Shown here: piece after piece, positions 10,325 to 21,001 of the stretch | How positions within the stretch are numbered: the stretch's first letter is position 1 | How the letters are laid out: every line of letters starts with the position of its first letter | NCBI RefSeq assembly: GCF_003991155.1 | Contig: NZ_CP031293.1 | Length of the DNA stretch: 64,000 nt | Reading direction: 5' to 3' (one strand) | From: Escherichia coli | GTDB lineage: Bacteria; Pseudomonadota; Gammaproteobacteria; Enterobacterales; Enterobacteriaceae | Translations under genes and position numbers: made by a program | Notes under the pieces: generated by a model | What the model was told of the DNA's origin: nothing | The model's database searches: none | Seen by the model: the letters and a program-made list of their open reading frames with translations, nothing else

Positions 10325-12091
10325 TTAGTAAGTACGAATCTTCGGCGGGAATGCCGGGCGCAGTTTCGGTTCCATGTTGACGCTTCGGCGCGTCATGGAT
10401 TCCGACTCTGGCAGATACAGGGAGTGGCACAGCCAGTTTTCATCATCGCGATCCGGGAAGTCGAAGCGGCTATGCGCGCCACGGCTTTCGGTACGGAAGT
10501 TGGCAGAAACAGCCGTTGCATACGCCGTTTCCATCAGGTTATCCAGTTCCAGGCACTCAACGCGCTGGGTGTTGAACTCGCTGGAAGTGTCATCCAGACG
10601 GGCATTTTTCAGACGCTCGCGGATAACTTTCAACTGCTCAAGCCCTTTCGCCATCGCATCACCTTCACGGAAGACCGAGAAGTTATGCTGCATACATTCT
10701 TGCAGTGCTTTACGGATCGCCACCGGATCTTCACCGTTACGGTTGTTGTTCCAGCGATTCAGACGATCCAGAGACGCTTCTACATCAGACTCGCTGGCAT
10801 CGCGCAGTGCGCCCTGCTCGGCAATAGACTCTTGCAGATGCAGACCCGCTGCGCGACCAAAGACCACCAGGTCCAGCAGCGAGTTGCCGCCCAGACGGTT
10901 AGCGCCGTGTACCGATACACAAGCGATTTCACCAACGGCAAACAGCCCCGGAACAACCACATCTTCGCCTTTCTCGTTCACAGTCAGCGCCTGACCGGTC
11001 ACTTTGGTCGGAATACCGCCCATCATGTAGTGACAGGTTGGGATAACCGGAATCGGCTCTTTCACCGGATCAACGTGAGCGAAGGTACGGGAGAGTTCCA
11101 GAATACCCGGCAGACGGGATTCGAGAACTTCTTTACCCAGGTGATCGAGTTTCAGTTTCGCGTGTGGCCCCCACGGACCATCACAGCCGCGACCTTCACG
11201 GATTTCGATCATGATGGAACGCGCCACCACATCACGGCCCGCCAGGTCTTTGGCGTTCGGCGCATAACGCTCCATAAAGCGTTCGCCATGTTTGTTCAGC
11301 AGATAACCGCCTTCACCACGGCAACCTTCGGTGACCAGTACGCCCGCACCGGCAATACCGGTCGGGTGGAACTGCCACATTTCCATATCCTGTACCGGTA
11401 CGCCTGCACGGATAGCCATGCCGACACCGTCGCCAGTGTTAATGTGGGCGTTGGTGGTGGACTGATAAATACGCCCTGCCCCGCCAGTCGCCAGCACTGT
11501 CGCGCGAGCTTTAAAGTAAACCACTTCACCAGTTTCGATGCACAGTGCGGTACAACCGACCACTGCGCCATCCTGGTTTTTCACCAGATCCAGCGCATAC
11601 CACTCGGAGAAAATGGTGGTGTGGTTTTTCAGGTTCTGCTGATAAAGCGTGTGCAACAGTGCGTGACCGGTACGGTCAGCTGCCGCCGCAGTACGTGCCG
11701 CCTGCTCGCCGCCGAAGTTTTTCGACTGACCGCCAAACGGACGTTGATAGATACGACCATCATCAAGACGCGAGAACGGCAGGCCCATATGTTCCAGTTC
11801 CAGAATCGCTTCCGGCCCGGTTTTACACATATATTCAATCGCGTCCTGGTCACCGATATAGTCCGACCCTTTTACGGTGTCGTACATATGCCATTCCCAG
11901 TTATCTTCATGGGTATTACCCAGCGCAACGGTAATGCCGCCTTGCGCAGAAACGGTATGGGAACGGGTCGGGAAGACTTTAGAGAGCAGCGCACAGGTCT
12001 GACCGCTCTGGGAAATTTGCAGCGCCGCGCGCATACCTGCGCCACCGGCACCAATCACAACTGCATCAAATTCTCTGACTGGCAATTTCAT
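10325..12091 (-). CDS. sdhA: Succinate dehydrogenase flavoprotein subunit
   Basis: Start set at the internal Met ([19 protein letters not shown]...), which overlaps the sdhD stop; FAD-binding motif present. Confidence 0.95.
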   Translation of the reverse strand: MKLPVREFDAVVIGAGGAGMRAALQISQSGQTCALLSKVFPTRSHTVSAQGGITVALGNTHEDNWEWHMYDTVKGSDYIGDQDAIEYMCKTGPEAILELEHMGLPFSRLDDGRIYQRPFGGQSKNFGGEQAARTAAAADRTGHALLHTLYQQNLKNHTTIFSEWYALDLVKNQDGAVVGCTALCIETGEVVYFKARATVLATGGAGRIYQSTTNAHINTGDGVGMAIRAGVPVQDMEMWQFHPTGIAGAGVLVTEGCRGEGGYLLNKHGERFMERYAPNAKDLAGRDVVARSIMIEIREGRGCDGPWGPHAKLKLDHLGKEVLESRLPGILELSRTFAHVDPVKEPIPVIPTCHYMMGGIPTKVTGQALTVNEKGEDVVVPGLFAVGEIACVSVHGANRLGGNSLLDLVVFGRAAGLHLQESIAEQGALRDASESDVEASLDRLNRWNNNRNGEDPVAIRKALQECMQHNFSVFREGDAMAKGLEQLKVIRERLKNARLDDTSSEFNTQRVECLELDNLMETAYATAVSANFRTESRGAHSRFDFPDRDDENWLCHSLYLPESESMTRRSVNMEPKLRPAFPPKIRTY

Positions 12092-12438
12092 CACACACCC
12101 CACACCACAACGAATCCATAAATCACGTAAACCACCAGAGCAACGACAATCACCAGTTGCAGCATCAGGCGCAAGGCCAGCGGTTTAACGTAGTCGGTCA
12201 ACACCTGCCACATGCCGATCCAGGCATGGATCAAGATAGAAAACAGCGCCAGCAGGGTGAACACTTTGGTGAACGCAGAGGCGAAGAAACCAATCCAGAC
12301 TTCATATGTCAGCTCGCCACTGGTAGCGAAAAAACCGACCATATAAATGATGTAGAGCGTCAGGACGATAGCGGTAGCGCGAACGAGGATGAAATCATGT
12401 ACGCCATTGCGTCCTAATGCGGAGGCGTTGCTTACCAT
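12091..12438 (-). CDS. sdhD: Succinate dehydrogenase membrane anchor subunit
   Basis: 115-aa hydrophobic [40 protein letters not shown]... Confidence 0.93.
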
Positions 12439-12821
12439 ACGAGGACTCCTGCGAGAAGTGAAAGCACGACAGTAATAACAAAGGAGATTTTGGCGGAGCG
12501 TTTACCCGCTTCGAATGTTTCTTCCAGATAGCCAAAATCCATCATCATGTGGCGAATACCTACGACGACGTGATATGCCAGAGCGGTAAGGATGCCCCAC
12601 ATGATAAATTTGACGAAGAAGCTGCCCATAATCGCAGAAGCTTGCTCGAAACCTTCAGGGGAAGAGAGGCTGGTACCCAGAAGCCACAGCAGGATGCCCA
12701 CTGCAACAAAGGTGATCACACCGGAAACGCGATGGAGAATGGACGCTATCGCCGTGACGGGGAACCGAATGGTCTGTAGGTCCAGATTAACAGGTCTTTG
12801 TTTTTTCACATTTCTTATCAT
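12432..12821 (-). CDS. sdhC: Succinate dehydrogenase cytochrome b556 subunit
   Basis: Start taken at [21 protein letters not shown]... (129 aa); the ORF track extends 5 codons upstream. Confidence 0.9.
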
Positions 12822-13529
12822 GAATAACGCCCACATGCTGTTCTTATTATTCCCTGGGGACTACGGGCACAGAGGTTAACTTTCTGTTACCTGGAGACGT
12901 CGGGATTTCCTTCCTCCGGTCTGCTTGCGGGTCAGACAGCGTCCTTTCTATAACTGCGCGTCATGCAAAACACTGCTTCCAGATGCGAAAACGACACGTT
13001 ACAACGCTGGGTGGCTCGGGATTGCAGGGTGTTCCGGAGACCTGGCGGCAGTATAGGCCGTTCACAAAATCATTACAATTAACCTACATATAGTTTGTCG
13101 GGTTTTATCCTGAACAGTGATCCAGGTCACGATAACAACATTTATTTAATTTTTAATCATCTAATTTGACAATCATTCAACAAAGTTGTTACAAACATTA
13201 CCAGGAAAAGCATATAATGCGTAAAAGTTATGAAGTCGGTATTTCACCTAAGATTAACTTATGTAACAGTGTGGAAGTATTGACCAATTCATTCGGGACA
13301 GTTATTAGTGGTAGACAAGTTTAATAATTCGGATTGCTAAGTACTTGATTCGCCATTTATTCGTCATCAATGGATCCTTTACCTGCAAGCGCCCAGAGCT
13401 CTGTACCCAGGTTTTCCCCTCTTTCACAGAGCGGCGAGCCAAATAACAAACGGGTAAAGCCAGGTTGATGTGCGAAGGCAAATTTAAGTTCCGGCAGTCT
13501 TACGCAATAAGGCGCTAAGGAGACCTTAA
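12822..13529. promoter_or_regulatory. Divergent gltA / sdhCDAB-sucABCD promoter region (708 bp, AT-rich)
   Basis: Large non-coding spacer between divergent TCA-cycle operons; individual sites not mapped. Confidence 0.6.
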
Positions 13530-14813
13530 ATGGCTGATACAAAAGCAAAACTCACCCTCAACGGGGACACAGCTGTTGAACTGGATGTGCTGAAAGGCAC
13601 GCTGGGTCAAGATGTTATTGATATCCGTACTCTCGGTTCAAAAGGTGTGTTCACCTTTGACCCAGGCTTCACTTCAACCGCATCCTGCGAATCTAAAATT
13701 ACTTTTATTGATGGTGATGAAGGTATTTTGCTGCACCGCGGTTTCCCGATCGATCAGCTGGCGACCGATTCTAACTACCTGGAAGTTTGTTACATCCTGC
13801 TGAATGGTGAAAAACCAACTCAGGAACAGTATGACGAATTTAAAACTACGGTGACCCGTCATACCATGATCCACGAGCAGATTACCCGTCTGTTCCATGC
13901 TTTCCGTCGCGACTCGCATCCAATGGCAGTCATGTGTGGTATTACCGGCGCGCTGGCGGCGTTCTATCACGACTCGCTGGATGTTAACAATCCTCGTCAT
14001 CGTGAAATTGCCGCGTTCCGCCTGCTGTCGAAAATGCCGACCATGGCCGCGATGTGTTACAAGTATTCCATTGGTCAGCCATTCGTTTACCCGCGCAACG
14101 ATCTCTCCTATGCCGGTAACTTCCTGAATATGATGTTCTCCACGCCGTGCGAACCGTATGAAGTTAATCCGATTCTGGAACGTGCTATGGACCGTATTCT
14201 GATCCTGCACGCTGACCATGAACAGAACGCCTCTACCTCCACCGTGCGTACCGCTGGCTCTTCGGGGGCGAACCCGTTTGCCTGTATCGCAGCAGGTATT
14301 GCTTCACTGTGGGGACCTGCGCACGGTGGTGCTAACGAAGCGGCGCTGAAAATGCTGGAAGAAATCAGTTCCGTTAAACACATTCCGGAATTTGTTCGTC
14401 GTGCGAAAGACAAAAATGACTCTTTCCGCCTGATGGGCTTCGGCCACCGCGTGTACAAAAATTACGACCCGCGCGCCACCGTAATGCGTGAAACCTGCCA
14501 TGAAGTTCTGAAAGAGCTGGGCACCAAAGATGACCTGCTGGAAGTGGCTATGGAGCTGGAAAACATCGCGCTGAACGACCCGTACTTTATCGAGAAAAAA
14601 CTGTACCCGAACGTCGATTTCTACTCTGGTATCATCCTGAAAGCGATGGGTATTCCGTCTTCTATGTTCACCGTGATCTTCGCGATGGCGCGTACCGTTG
14701 GCTGGATCGCCCACTGGAGCGAAATGCACAGTGACGGTATGAAGATTGCCCGTCCGCGTCAGCTTTACACCGGCTACGCGCAGCGTGATTTTAAGTCGGA
14801 TATTAAGAAGTAA
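13530..14813 (+). CDS. gltA: Citrate synthase
   Basis: 427-aa [42 protein letters not shown]... Confidence 0.97.
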   Translation: MADTKAKLTLNGDTAVELDVLKGTLGQDVIDIRTLGSKGVFTFDPGFTSTASCESKITFIDGDEGILLHRGFPIDQLATDSNYLEVCYILLNGEKPTQEQYDEFKTTVTRHTMIHEQITRLFHAFRRDSHPMAVMCGITGALAAFYHDSLDVNNPRHREIAAFRLLSKMPTMAAMCYKYSIGQPFVYPRNDLSYAGNFLNMMFSTPCEPYEVNPILERAMDRILILHADHEQNASTSTVRTAGSSGANPFACIAAGIASLWGPAHGGANEAALKMLEEISSVKHIPEFVRRAKDKNDSFRLMGFGHRVYKNYDPRATVMRETCHEVLKELGTKDDLLEVAMELENIALNDPYFIEKKLYPNVDFYSGIILKAMGIPSSMFTVIFAMARTVGWIAHWSEMHSDGMKIARPRQLYTGYAQRDFKSDIKK

Positions 14814-14826
14814 AAATGACACCGAC

Positions 14827-14856
14827 AAAACCCTGCGTGTTCACGCAGGGTTTTTA
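14827..14856 (+). terminator. gltA intrinsic terminator (stem CCCTGCGTG/CACGCAGGG followed by TTTTT); probably bidirectional
   Basis: Hairpin and T-run read from the sequence; an A-run precedes the stem; the dctM stop is 4 nt beyond. Confidence 0.7.
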
Positions 14857-14859
14857 GTT

Positions 14860-16170
14860 CTACACCAACAGCAAAGATATTGCCGGGATATAGGTAATAA
14901 CCAACAGCAGTAAAATAAGACTAACCAGTAGTGGCACCGCTTCTCGCATAAATTGCCCGACAGAAACCTGCACGGTATTACATACCAGCAGCATCACCGT
15001 TCCGACAGGCGGTGATAACGTTCCTAACGATAAGTTGAGGATCATGATGATGCCAAAATGCACCGGATCAATGCCAAAATGAGCCACCACAGGTTTAAGT
15101 AATGGAACTAATATCAGCAGGATGGCACTACCTTCAAGAAACATGCCAAGCACCAGCAGCAATAGATTGATAATCAATAAAAAGACGTATTTATTATCAG
15201 TCAGAGATGTCACAAACTCCGCAACCGTGATACCTGCCCGCTCAAGGGAAAATATCCAGCCCAGCGCGGCACTCGCCATAATGATTAACATGACCGATGC
15301 CGTCGAACGCGCCGTCTCTGAGAGTGCTGTAAATACATGGCTGATTTTCAGTTCGCGATAAATTACAAAACCAATAAACATCACCAATAATACTGCTACG
15401 GCTCCAGCTTCCGTTGGCGTAAAGATATTTGCCCGAATACCACCGATAACCGCAACAATTAAGAACAGTGCTGGCCAGGCCTGCACCAGCGCCACTGACA
15501 CTTCTTTCGGTTTTGGCCAGTGTTCGCTGGAAGGTTTTAAACCGCGCCGAATAGCTACCAGCCATACAGTGACAATCAACATGGCGGAACACAGCAGACC
15601 GGGCAGGATCCCGGCCATAAACATGGAGCCGATGGAGACATCCGCCACCAGTCCGTAAAGGATCAGTGCAATACCCGGTGGAATAATTGGTGTAATCAGC
15701 GAACCACTTGCCGTTATCGCCGCCGCAAAGCCACGGGAATAACCTTTCTGTTCCATTTCCGGCACCATCATGCGCGATAACATCGCAGCATCCGCCAGGT
15801 TTGAGGCGCTAACGCCGCCCATCATGGTACTGACCAGAATATTAGCCCCACCCAGACCACCGCGCATTCTGCCAATCAACACGTTGGCAATTTGCAAAAT
15901 ACGCGCGGCAATACCGGTATAGCTCATTAACGTGCCTAATAAGATAAAAAATGGAATAGCTAACAGCGAAGGGGTTTGCGTCGTGGCAATCAAACGCTGA
16001 ATTGCTACCATTAACGGCACATTTGAATAGCAAAGGAAGTAGGTCAGAATGCCGCAAAACATCGCCAGCCATACCGGCATATTGATAAATAAACAGATGA
16101 ACATAAGCGGAATGATCATTAGCCAGTTATCCAGCCAGCTTCCCGCCAGTAATTCACTCAATGCTGTCAT
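14860..16170 (-). CDS. TRAP transporter large permease (DctM family)
   Basis: 436-aa polytopic membrane ORF; start overlaps the dctQ stop by 1 nt. Confidence 0.85.
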   Translation of the reverse strand: MTALSELLAGSWLDNWLMIIPLMFICLFINMPVWLAMFCGILTYFLCYSNVPLMVAIQRLIATTQTPSLLAIPFFILLGTLMSYTGIAARILQIANVLIGRMRGGLGGANILVSTMMGGVSASNLADAAMLSRMMVPEMEQKGYSRGFAAAITASGSLITPIIPPGIALILYGLVADVSIGSMFMAGILPGLLCSAMLIVTVWLVAIRRGLKPSSEHWPKPKEVSVALVQAWPALFLIVAVIGGIRANIFTPTEAGAVAVLLVMFIGFVIYRELKISHVFTALSETARSTASVMLIIMASAALGWIFSLERAGITVAEFVTSLTDNKYVFLLIINLLLLVLGMFLEGSAILLILVPLLKPVVAHFGIDPVHFGIIMILNLSLGTLSPPVGTVMLLVCNTVQVSVGQFMREAVPLLVSLILLLLVITYIPAISLLLV

Positions 16171-16631
16171 TATTCACCTTCCTTGCGTGGCGTTTTCTTG
16201 ATCAGGTGTAAGGCAGTAAAACAGGCGATACCGATTGCACCAACCGTGACCGCAATATCGATCCAAAACCAGGATATTTTTAATATTTGCGTGGTTTTAA
16301 ATGCTGTTCCGGCAGCTAATTTCCATGCTGACCAAGCCATCACACTCAGTAAAACAATAGATATCAGAGAGACAAATAACGTTAAAACACGTTGCACGCG
16401 TGGTGTCAGTGCATCAGCTAAAAATGGAATCGACAAATGGGTATTATCCCGCTCGGCAACGACCGCACCAAACATGACTACCCAAATCATTAATAAACCG
16501 GAAACCTCTTCTGTCCACTGTAATGGCATATGAAAACAGTAACGCATTATTACCGCAGCAATGGTCATGATTACCAATATAAAGAGCGTTAATACCGCAG
16601 CAACTTCAATCATTTTCCCTAAAAGACGCAT
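16170..16631 (-). CDS. TRAP transporter small permease (DctQ family)
   Basis: About 153 aa with 4 predicted TM segments; start chosen at the ATG (MRLLGKMIEV...) with AGAGG RBS rather than the upstream GTG. Confidence 0.8.
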   Translation of the reverse strand: MRLLGKMIEVAAVLTLFILVIMTIAAVIMRYCFHMPLQWTEEVSGLLMIWVVMFGAVVAERDNTHLSIPFLADALTPRVQRVLTLFVSLISIVLLSVMAWSAWKLAAGTAFKTTQILKISWFWIDIAVTVGAIGIACFTALHLIKKTPRKEGE

Positions 16632-16650
16632 AAACACCTCTGCTCTTAAC

Positions 16651-16672
16651 GGTCGGTGCCGAAACACCGACC
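16651..16672 (-). other. Intercistronic hairpin between the TRAP binding-protein and permease genes (GGTCGGTG..CACCGACC)
   Basis: 8-bp perfect inverted repeat with 6-nt loop, read from the sequence. Confidence 0.4.
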
Positions 16673-16690
16673 AGTCCTTATGCCATGAAG

Positions 16691-17659
16691 TTATTTCAGC
16701 TGTTGCTGAATAGTGTCATACAAACCAGGGGTCCATTCCGGGAATTGTTGATAGACTTTTAAGGCTTTTTCTTTGAAAGGGGCGACGTCAGGATAGATAA
16801 TTTCCACGCCCTGCTCCTGCATGGTTTTCAACATTGTCGCATCCTGCTCAGTGGTAATTTTCTGGCTATATAAACCAGCTTCATACGCTGTCTGGTGAAT
16901 AATATCTAACTGCGCAGGTGTCAGGGTACTGAAAAACGCTTCACCACCCAACCATAATGATGTATTGGTCAGATAGTTCACCATTGACAGATATTTCGCC
17001 TGCTCATGCAGTTTTTGCCCATACAGAACAGAAACCGGGTTTTCCACACCATCGATCATCCCCTGCGTCAGCGCCGGATAAACGTCTCCCAGCGGCATTG
17101 GCGTTGGGGTTGCGCCCATTGCTTCAATGGCTTTAATCTGCATAACGTTATTCGGCACGCGGATCTTCATCCCTTTCAGGTCTTCAGGTGTACGAATCGG
17201 TTTTTTAGCAATGATCTGCCTGGTACCGTACAGATAGTTGCTCATGACAATATGCACACCTTTTTCCCGTAGTTTCTGTTCTTTTTGTTTAAACCAGTCA
17301 CTGGCATAAATCGCAAACAGTTTCTGCGGATCTTCGGTTAAATAAGGCCCAAACAATATTCCCAGGTCTGCATCGTAGTCAGTTAAAAATCCCACATCAC
17401 TGATGGTGATAATATTCATCCCCATCAACGCTTGTTCAGTAATATCTTGTTTAGAACCTAACTGTGAACTTGGGTAAAGTTCGAAAACAATATCTCCATT
17501 GCTTTTTTTCTTCACAAGTTCTGCCCAGTGCTTCACTACTGTATCCGCTGGCTCGCCGGGGTTACTTTCATAGGCGATTTTGATAGTTACCGGTGCGGCA
17601 TTCAGCATCGGACTAAATAAAGCGAAAAGAAATAAAAGTGGTGTCAGTAATTTTTTCAT
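16691..17659 (-). CDS. TRAP transporter periplasmic solute-binding protein (DctP family)
   Basis: 322 aa; signal peptide MKKLLTPLLFLFALFSPMLNA; conserved KIRVP region typical of carboxylate-binding DctP proteins. Confidence 0.85.
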   Translation of the reverse strand: MKKLLTPLLFLFALFSPMLNAAPVTIKIAYESNPGEPADTVVKHWAELVKKKSNGDIVFELYPSSQLGSKQDITEQALMGMNIITISDVGFLTDYDADLGILFGPYLTEDPQKLFAIYASDWFKQKEQKLREKGVHIVMSNYLYGTRQIIAKKPIRTPEDLKGMKIRVPNNVMQIKAIEAMGATPTPMPLGDVYPALTQGMIDGVENPVSVLYGQKLHEQAKYLSMVNYLTNTSLWLGGEAFFSTLTPAQLDIIHQTAYEAGLYSQKITTEQDATMLKTMQEQGVEIIYPDVAPFKEKALKVYQQFPEWTPGLYDTIQQQLK

Positions 17660-17686
17660 TATTATTACCTGTAAGAGCTTTATCGA

Positions 17687-18883
17687 TTAACGGGGATCTG
17701 CCCGACAGACTGCACTTTTGCTGTAATCAAATGCTTTATACGTTAAAACAAACTCCTGATGTTCCAGTCGTTCTGCGGCACAATATTGACCGTTGGCGAC
17801 ATGTTCAATCACCTGCATAATATCGTCTGCAATATCGTCGAGCGTTGCGCCTTCGCTAATTACACGACCGGCATTAACGTCCATATCGTCAGATAAATGC
17901 TCCCACGTCTGCGGGTTATTACACACTTTAATAATAGGAGCGATCACTGAACCAATAACTGAACCGCGACCTGTGGTAAATAACACCATATGACAGCCAG
18001 AGGCGATAAGTTCCAGTGCTTCTGAGGAATCGTTAATATTCGGATACCCAAAACGAGGTTCACCATCAGGCACCACGTCCATCAACCAAAGCCCAGGAAA
18101 GGGCGTTTGTTGCGTCGGCAAAATAACGCCAGCAATCAGCGCATCGCCCGACTTGGTATAAGCCCCAAGGGATTTTTCTTCCTGAGTGGTTAAGCCGCCT
18201 TCAGCATTACCATTAGAAAAACTCCCCAGCCCCATCAAACTGTAATAACGTTCGGCTTTTGCCATTGCCACTTCGATGGCATCACGTGCCTGCGAACTAG
18301 CCGCGCGCGACATCATATGCTGCTCACAACCAAGCAACTCACCGCTTTCTTCAAAAATACAGGTAGCCCCTTTCTCCAGCAGTTGGTCAAAGGCACGTCC
18401 TACTGCCGGGTTACCCGTGATACCACTGGTGCCATCGGAGCCACCGCAGATAGTACCAACCACCAGGTCGCTCCAGTTCAGGATACAACGCGGTGTATCC
18501 GCAAGCTGTTCCAGCATTTCAGCGACCAACTGCTTACCCAGAGTAATGGTGTTGGTCGTGCCTTTATTTTCCTGAATGACCAGCGTATGGCACGGTCGCC
18601 CACTTTCTCGTACTTCTTGCTCCAGCCGACGGCGATCAAAATTCTCGCACCCCAGCGAAATAATCAGTACACCACCTACGTTGCTATGAATCGCCAGATT
18701 TTTTACCAGACGATAGCCATAATCGCTGGGATAACAACCTGAAAAACCAAAATACTGCACGTCGTGACAAGGAAATCCTTCGGCAATCTTTTTAGCGACA
18801 TGGCTGGCACACTCCACCATAAAGATTACCTGCACAGTATTACGAATACCCGGTCGACCATTTTGCCGTACATAACCTTCCAT
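17687..18883 (-). CDS. UxaA-family (altronate/galactarate dehydratase-like) large subunit
   Basis: 398-aa ORF MEGYVRQNGRPGIRNTVQVIFMVECASHV... resembling the C-terminal catalytic part of UxaA/GarD; start overlaps the small-subunit stop (TAATG). Confidence 0.8.
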   Translation of the reverse strand: MEGYVRQNGRPGIRNTVQVIFMVECASHVAKKIAEGFPCHDVQYFGFSGCYPSDYGYRLVKNLAIHSNVGGVLIISLGCENFDRRRLEQEVRESGRPCHTLVIQENKGTTNTITLGKQLVAEMLEQLADTPRCILNWSDLVVGTICGGSDGTSGITGNPAVGRAFDQLLEKGATCIFEESGELLGCEQHMMSRAASSQARDAIEVAMAKAERYYSLMGLGSFSNGNAEGGLTTQEEKSLGAYTKSGDALIAGVILPTQQTPFPGLWLMDVVPDGEPRFGYPNINDSSEALELIASGCHMVLFTTGRGSVIGSVIAPIIKVCNNPQTWEHLSDDMDVNAGRVISEGATLDDIADDIMQVIEHVANGQYCAAERLEHQEFVLTYKAFDYSKSAVCRADPR

Positions 18884-19194
18884 TATGCTTTTTCCTCTGG
18901 CTGATAGCCGGCATCATCATGATGAAAAATGGCGATGGCATTGCTGGCAAGATTATGGGAATGCACATGTTCACCCATGGCAATATCGCGAGTGGCGTGT
19001 CCGATAATGGCGCCGTATTTCAGAATCGAATCACCATTGTTCAGCGCTTCGCAGGCCAGTTTGTGACCCAGGGTAACGGAACTACAGGCCACCATTTCCC
19101 CCTCATCCCACCAGACAATATCGCCACTGGCGATGTCATTCAGCGCGACTACACAGTTATCTTTGGCATGTAGCTTTAACGCACGTTTGCGCAT
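18883..19194 (-). CDS. SAF-domain small subunit of the split UxaA-type dehydratase
   Basis: About 103 aa from MRKRALKLHAKDNCVVALNDIASGDIV... with GGAGG RBS; corresponds to the N-terminal domain of single-chain UxaA. Confidence 0.7.
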   Translation of the reverse strand: MRKRALKLHAKDNCVVALNDIASGDIVWWDEGEMVACSSVTLGHKLACEALNNGDSILKYGAIIGHATRDIAMGEHVHSHNLASNAIAIFHHDDAGYQPEEKA

Positions 19195-19208
19195 AATTCC
19201 TCCGTACA

Positions 19209-19964
19209 TCAGAAGCCGATCAATGCGCCGCCATCCACCACCAGCACCTGACCACTGACAAATGCCGCTGCGTCTGAAGCCAGATAAACCGCAGCCCAAC
19301 CGATATCTTCCGGCTTGCCGAATTTTTTCATCGGTGTCCGCCCCAGGATTTTGTTACGGCGTTCGTCATCACCTTCAATGGCCTTACGCAACATTGGTGT
19401 ATCGATCCAGCCTGGCGCAATACCGTTGACGCGAATCCCATGAACGGCAAGCTCCGTGGTCATACCGCGAATCATGCCGAGATAGGCTGACTTCGCTGCG
19501 CTGTAGCCAGTAACCAGAGGCTGCCCAAGAAATGAGGTCATCGATGCAGTAAAAAGCACACAGCCTTGACCGCGTTGTTTCATATGCGGCACCAGCGCTT
19601 TGGTTAACGCAAATGCGCCGACTACGTGAACGTCGAGTACTGACTCAAAATCACTGACGCTCATCTCTTCAATCGGTTTTTTGCAGTGATTGCCTGCGTT
19701 ATTGACCAGGATATCGATAGCCCCGTGTTCGCTAATAAGCGCATCAACTTTTTCCTGCGCGGCTGCGGTATCCCCGACATCCATTTGTATCCAACTGGCC
19801 TGCGACCCCAATGTTCCGGCGGTCGCTTGCGCCAGCTCGCCGTTCAGGTCAGCAATAATGACCTTCGCCCCGCTGACTATCATGCATTTCGCCATTGCCA
19901 GCCCCAGCCCACTGGCTGCACCGGTGATCAACGCGGTTTTGTTATGTAAAGAAAAAGCATTCAT
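19209..19964 (-). CDS. Short-chain dehydrogenase/reductase (KduD/IdnO-like)
   Basis: 251 aa; TGAASGLG nucleotide-binding motif, IDILVNNAG, YSAAK catalytic motif; AAGGAG RBS. Confidence 0.85.
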   Translation of the reverse strand: MNAFSLHNKTALITGAASGLGLAMAKCMIVSGAKVIIADLNGELAQATAGTLGSQASWIQMDVGDTAAAQEKVDALISEHGAIDILVNNAGNHCKKPIEEMSVSDFESVLDVHVVGAFALTKALVPHMKQRGQGCVLFTASMTSFLGQPLVTGYSAAKSAYLGMIRGMTTELAVHGIRVNGIAPGWIDTPMLRKAIEGDDERRNKILGRTPMKKFGKPEDIGWAAVYLASDAAAFVSGQVLVVDGGALIGF

Positions 19965-19975
19965 GGTGTCGCTCC

Positions 19976-20989
19976 TTAAAGGTCAATGAGGATTTTGGTA
20001 TACGCGCCGGGATCACTTGCCCAGTCGCTAAAAGCATGATCAGCCTGTTCCAGCGGGTAGTGAGCACTCACCAGATTGCTGACCGGATAACGCCCGGACT
20101 CCATCAATGCCAGCACGGCACGAAAATCCGCCACGGTGGCATTGCGCGAACCACGGATATCCAGTTCTTTCATCAGGAACTGCGCACTCTGATAACTCAC
20201 TGGCTGTTTGGCGTAACCGACATAAACCACACGACCGCTAAACGCCACCAACCCTGTAGCCTGTTCAATGGTTTGTTGATTACCCACCGCTTCAATCACC
20301 ACTTCCGGGCCGCGACCGTCATTTAACAGCACCAGTTCTGCCGCCACGTCACATTGCTGCGAATTAAGAAAACGTTGCGCACCGCATTCCAGGGCAATGT
20401 TCTGCTTGCGATCATCAATATCGATAGCAATTACGCGCGCCCCCATGGCGGATGCCGCGGCGATAGCGCCAAGGCCAATTACCCCACAACCGATAACTGC
20501 GACCCATTCACCCACATTAATTTGCGCACGTCTGGCCGCATGTAGTCCCACGGCCAGCGGTTCTACCAGCGCTAACTCATCAACACTTAAGGCATTACAG
20601 ACAATGACTTTATGTGCAGGCATCGTCAGTTGTTGCGCCATCCCCCCCTGACGTTGCACACCAAGAGTTTGGTTGTTTTTACAGGCGTTAGGACGACCGC
20701 TCAGACAGGAGCTGCACACGCCACACTCAGTGCAAGGCAGAACGACCACCCGGTCACCTGGCTTGATCGCCCCTGCCATATCGCCAGTTGCCAGCACCGT
20801 GCCGCCAATTTCATGCCCCGGAATACAGGGATAATTAACCAGCGGATTCAGTCCCCGCCATGTATTGAGGTCAGAACCACACAGTCCGACACGCTCAACA
20901 TTGATTAGCACTTCTCCTTTACCGCAGACAGGTTCGGGGATATCAACAAATCGCGCCTGACTTCCCTGCTCAATGGTTAATGCCTTCAT
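19976..20989 (-). CDS. Zinc-dependent medium-chain dehydrogenase (IdnD / sorbitol dehydrogenase-like)
   Basis: 337 aa; GLCGSDL, GHEIGG, structural-zinc Cys cluster CTECGVCSSC, GCGVIGLG NAD fold; AAGGAGA RBS. Confidence 0.85.
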   Translation of the reverse strand: MKALTIEQGSQARFVDIPEPVCGKGEVLINVERVGLCGSDLNTWRGLNPLVNYPCIPGHEIGGTVLATGDMAGAIKPGDRVVVLPCTECGVCSSCLSGRPNACKNNQTLGVQRQGGMAQQLTMPAHKVIVCNALSVDELALVEPLAVGLHAARRAQINVGEWVAVIGCGVIGLGAIAAASAMGARVIAIDIDDRKQNIALECGAQRFLNSQQCDVAAELVLLNDGRGPEVVIEAVGNQQTIEQATGLVAFSGRVVYVGYAKQPVSYQSAQFLMKELDIRGSRNATVADFRAVLALMESGRYPVSNLVSAHYPLEQADHAFSDWASDPGAYTKILIDL

Positions 20990-21001
20990 TCATTGCTCTC
21001 C

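Noticed and set aside
10424-12121. 565-aa plus-strand ORF
   Set aside because: Antisense to sdhA, the same artefact class; the sdhA frame carries clear flavoprotein motifs.
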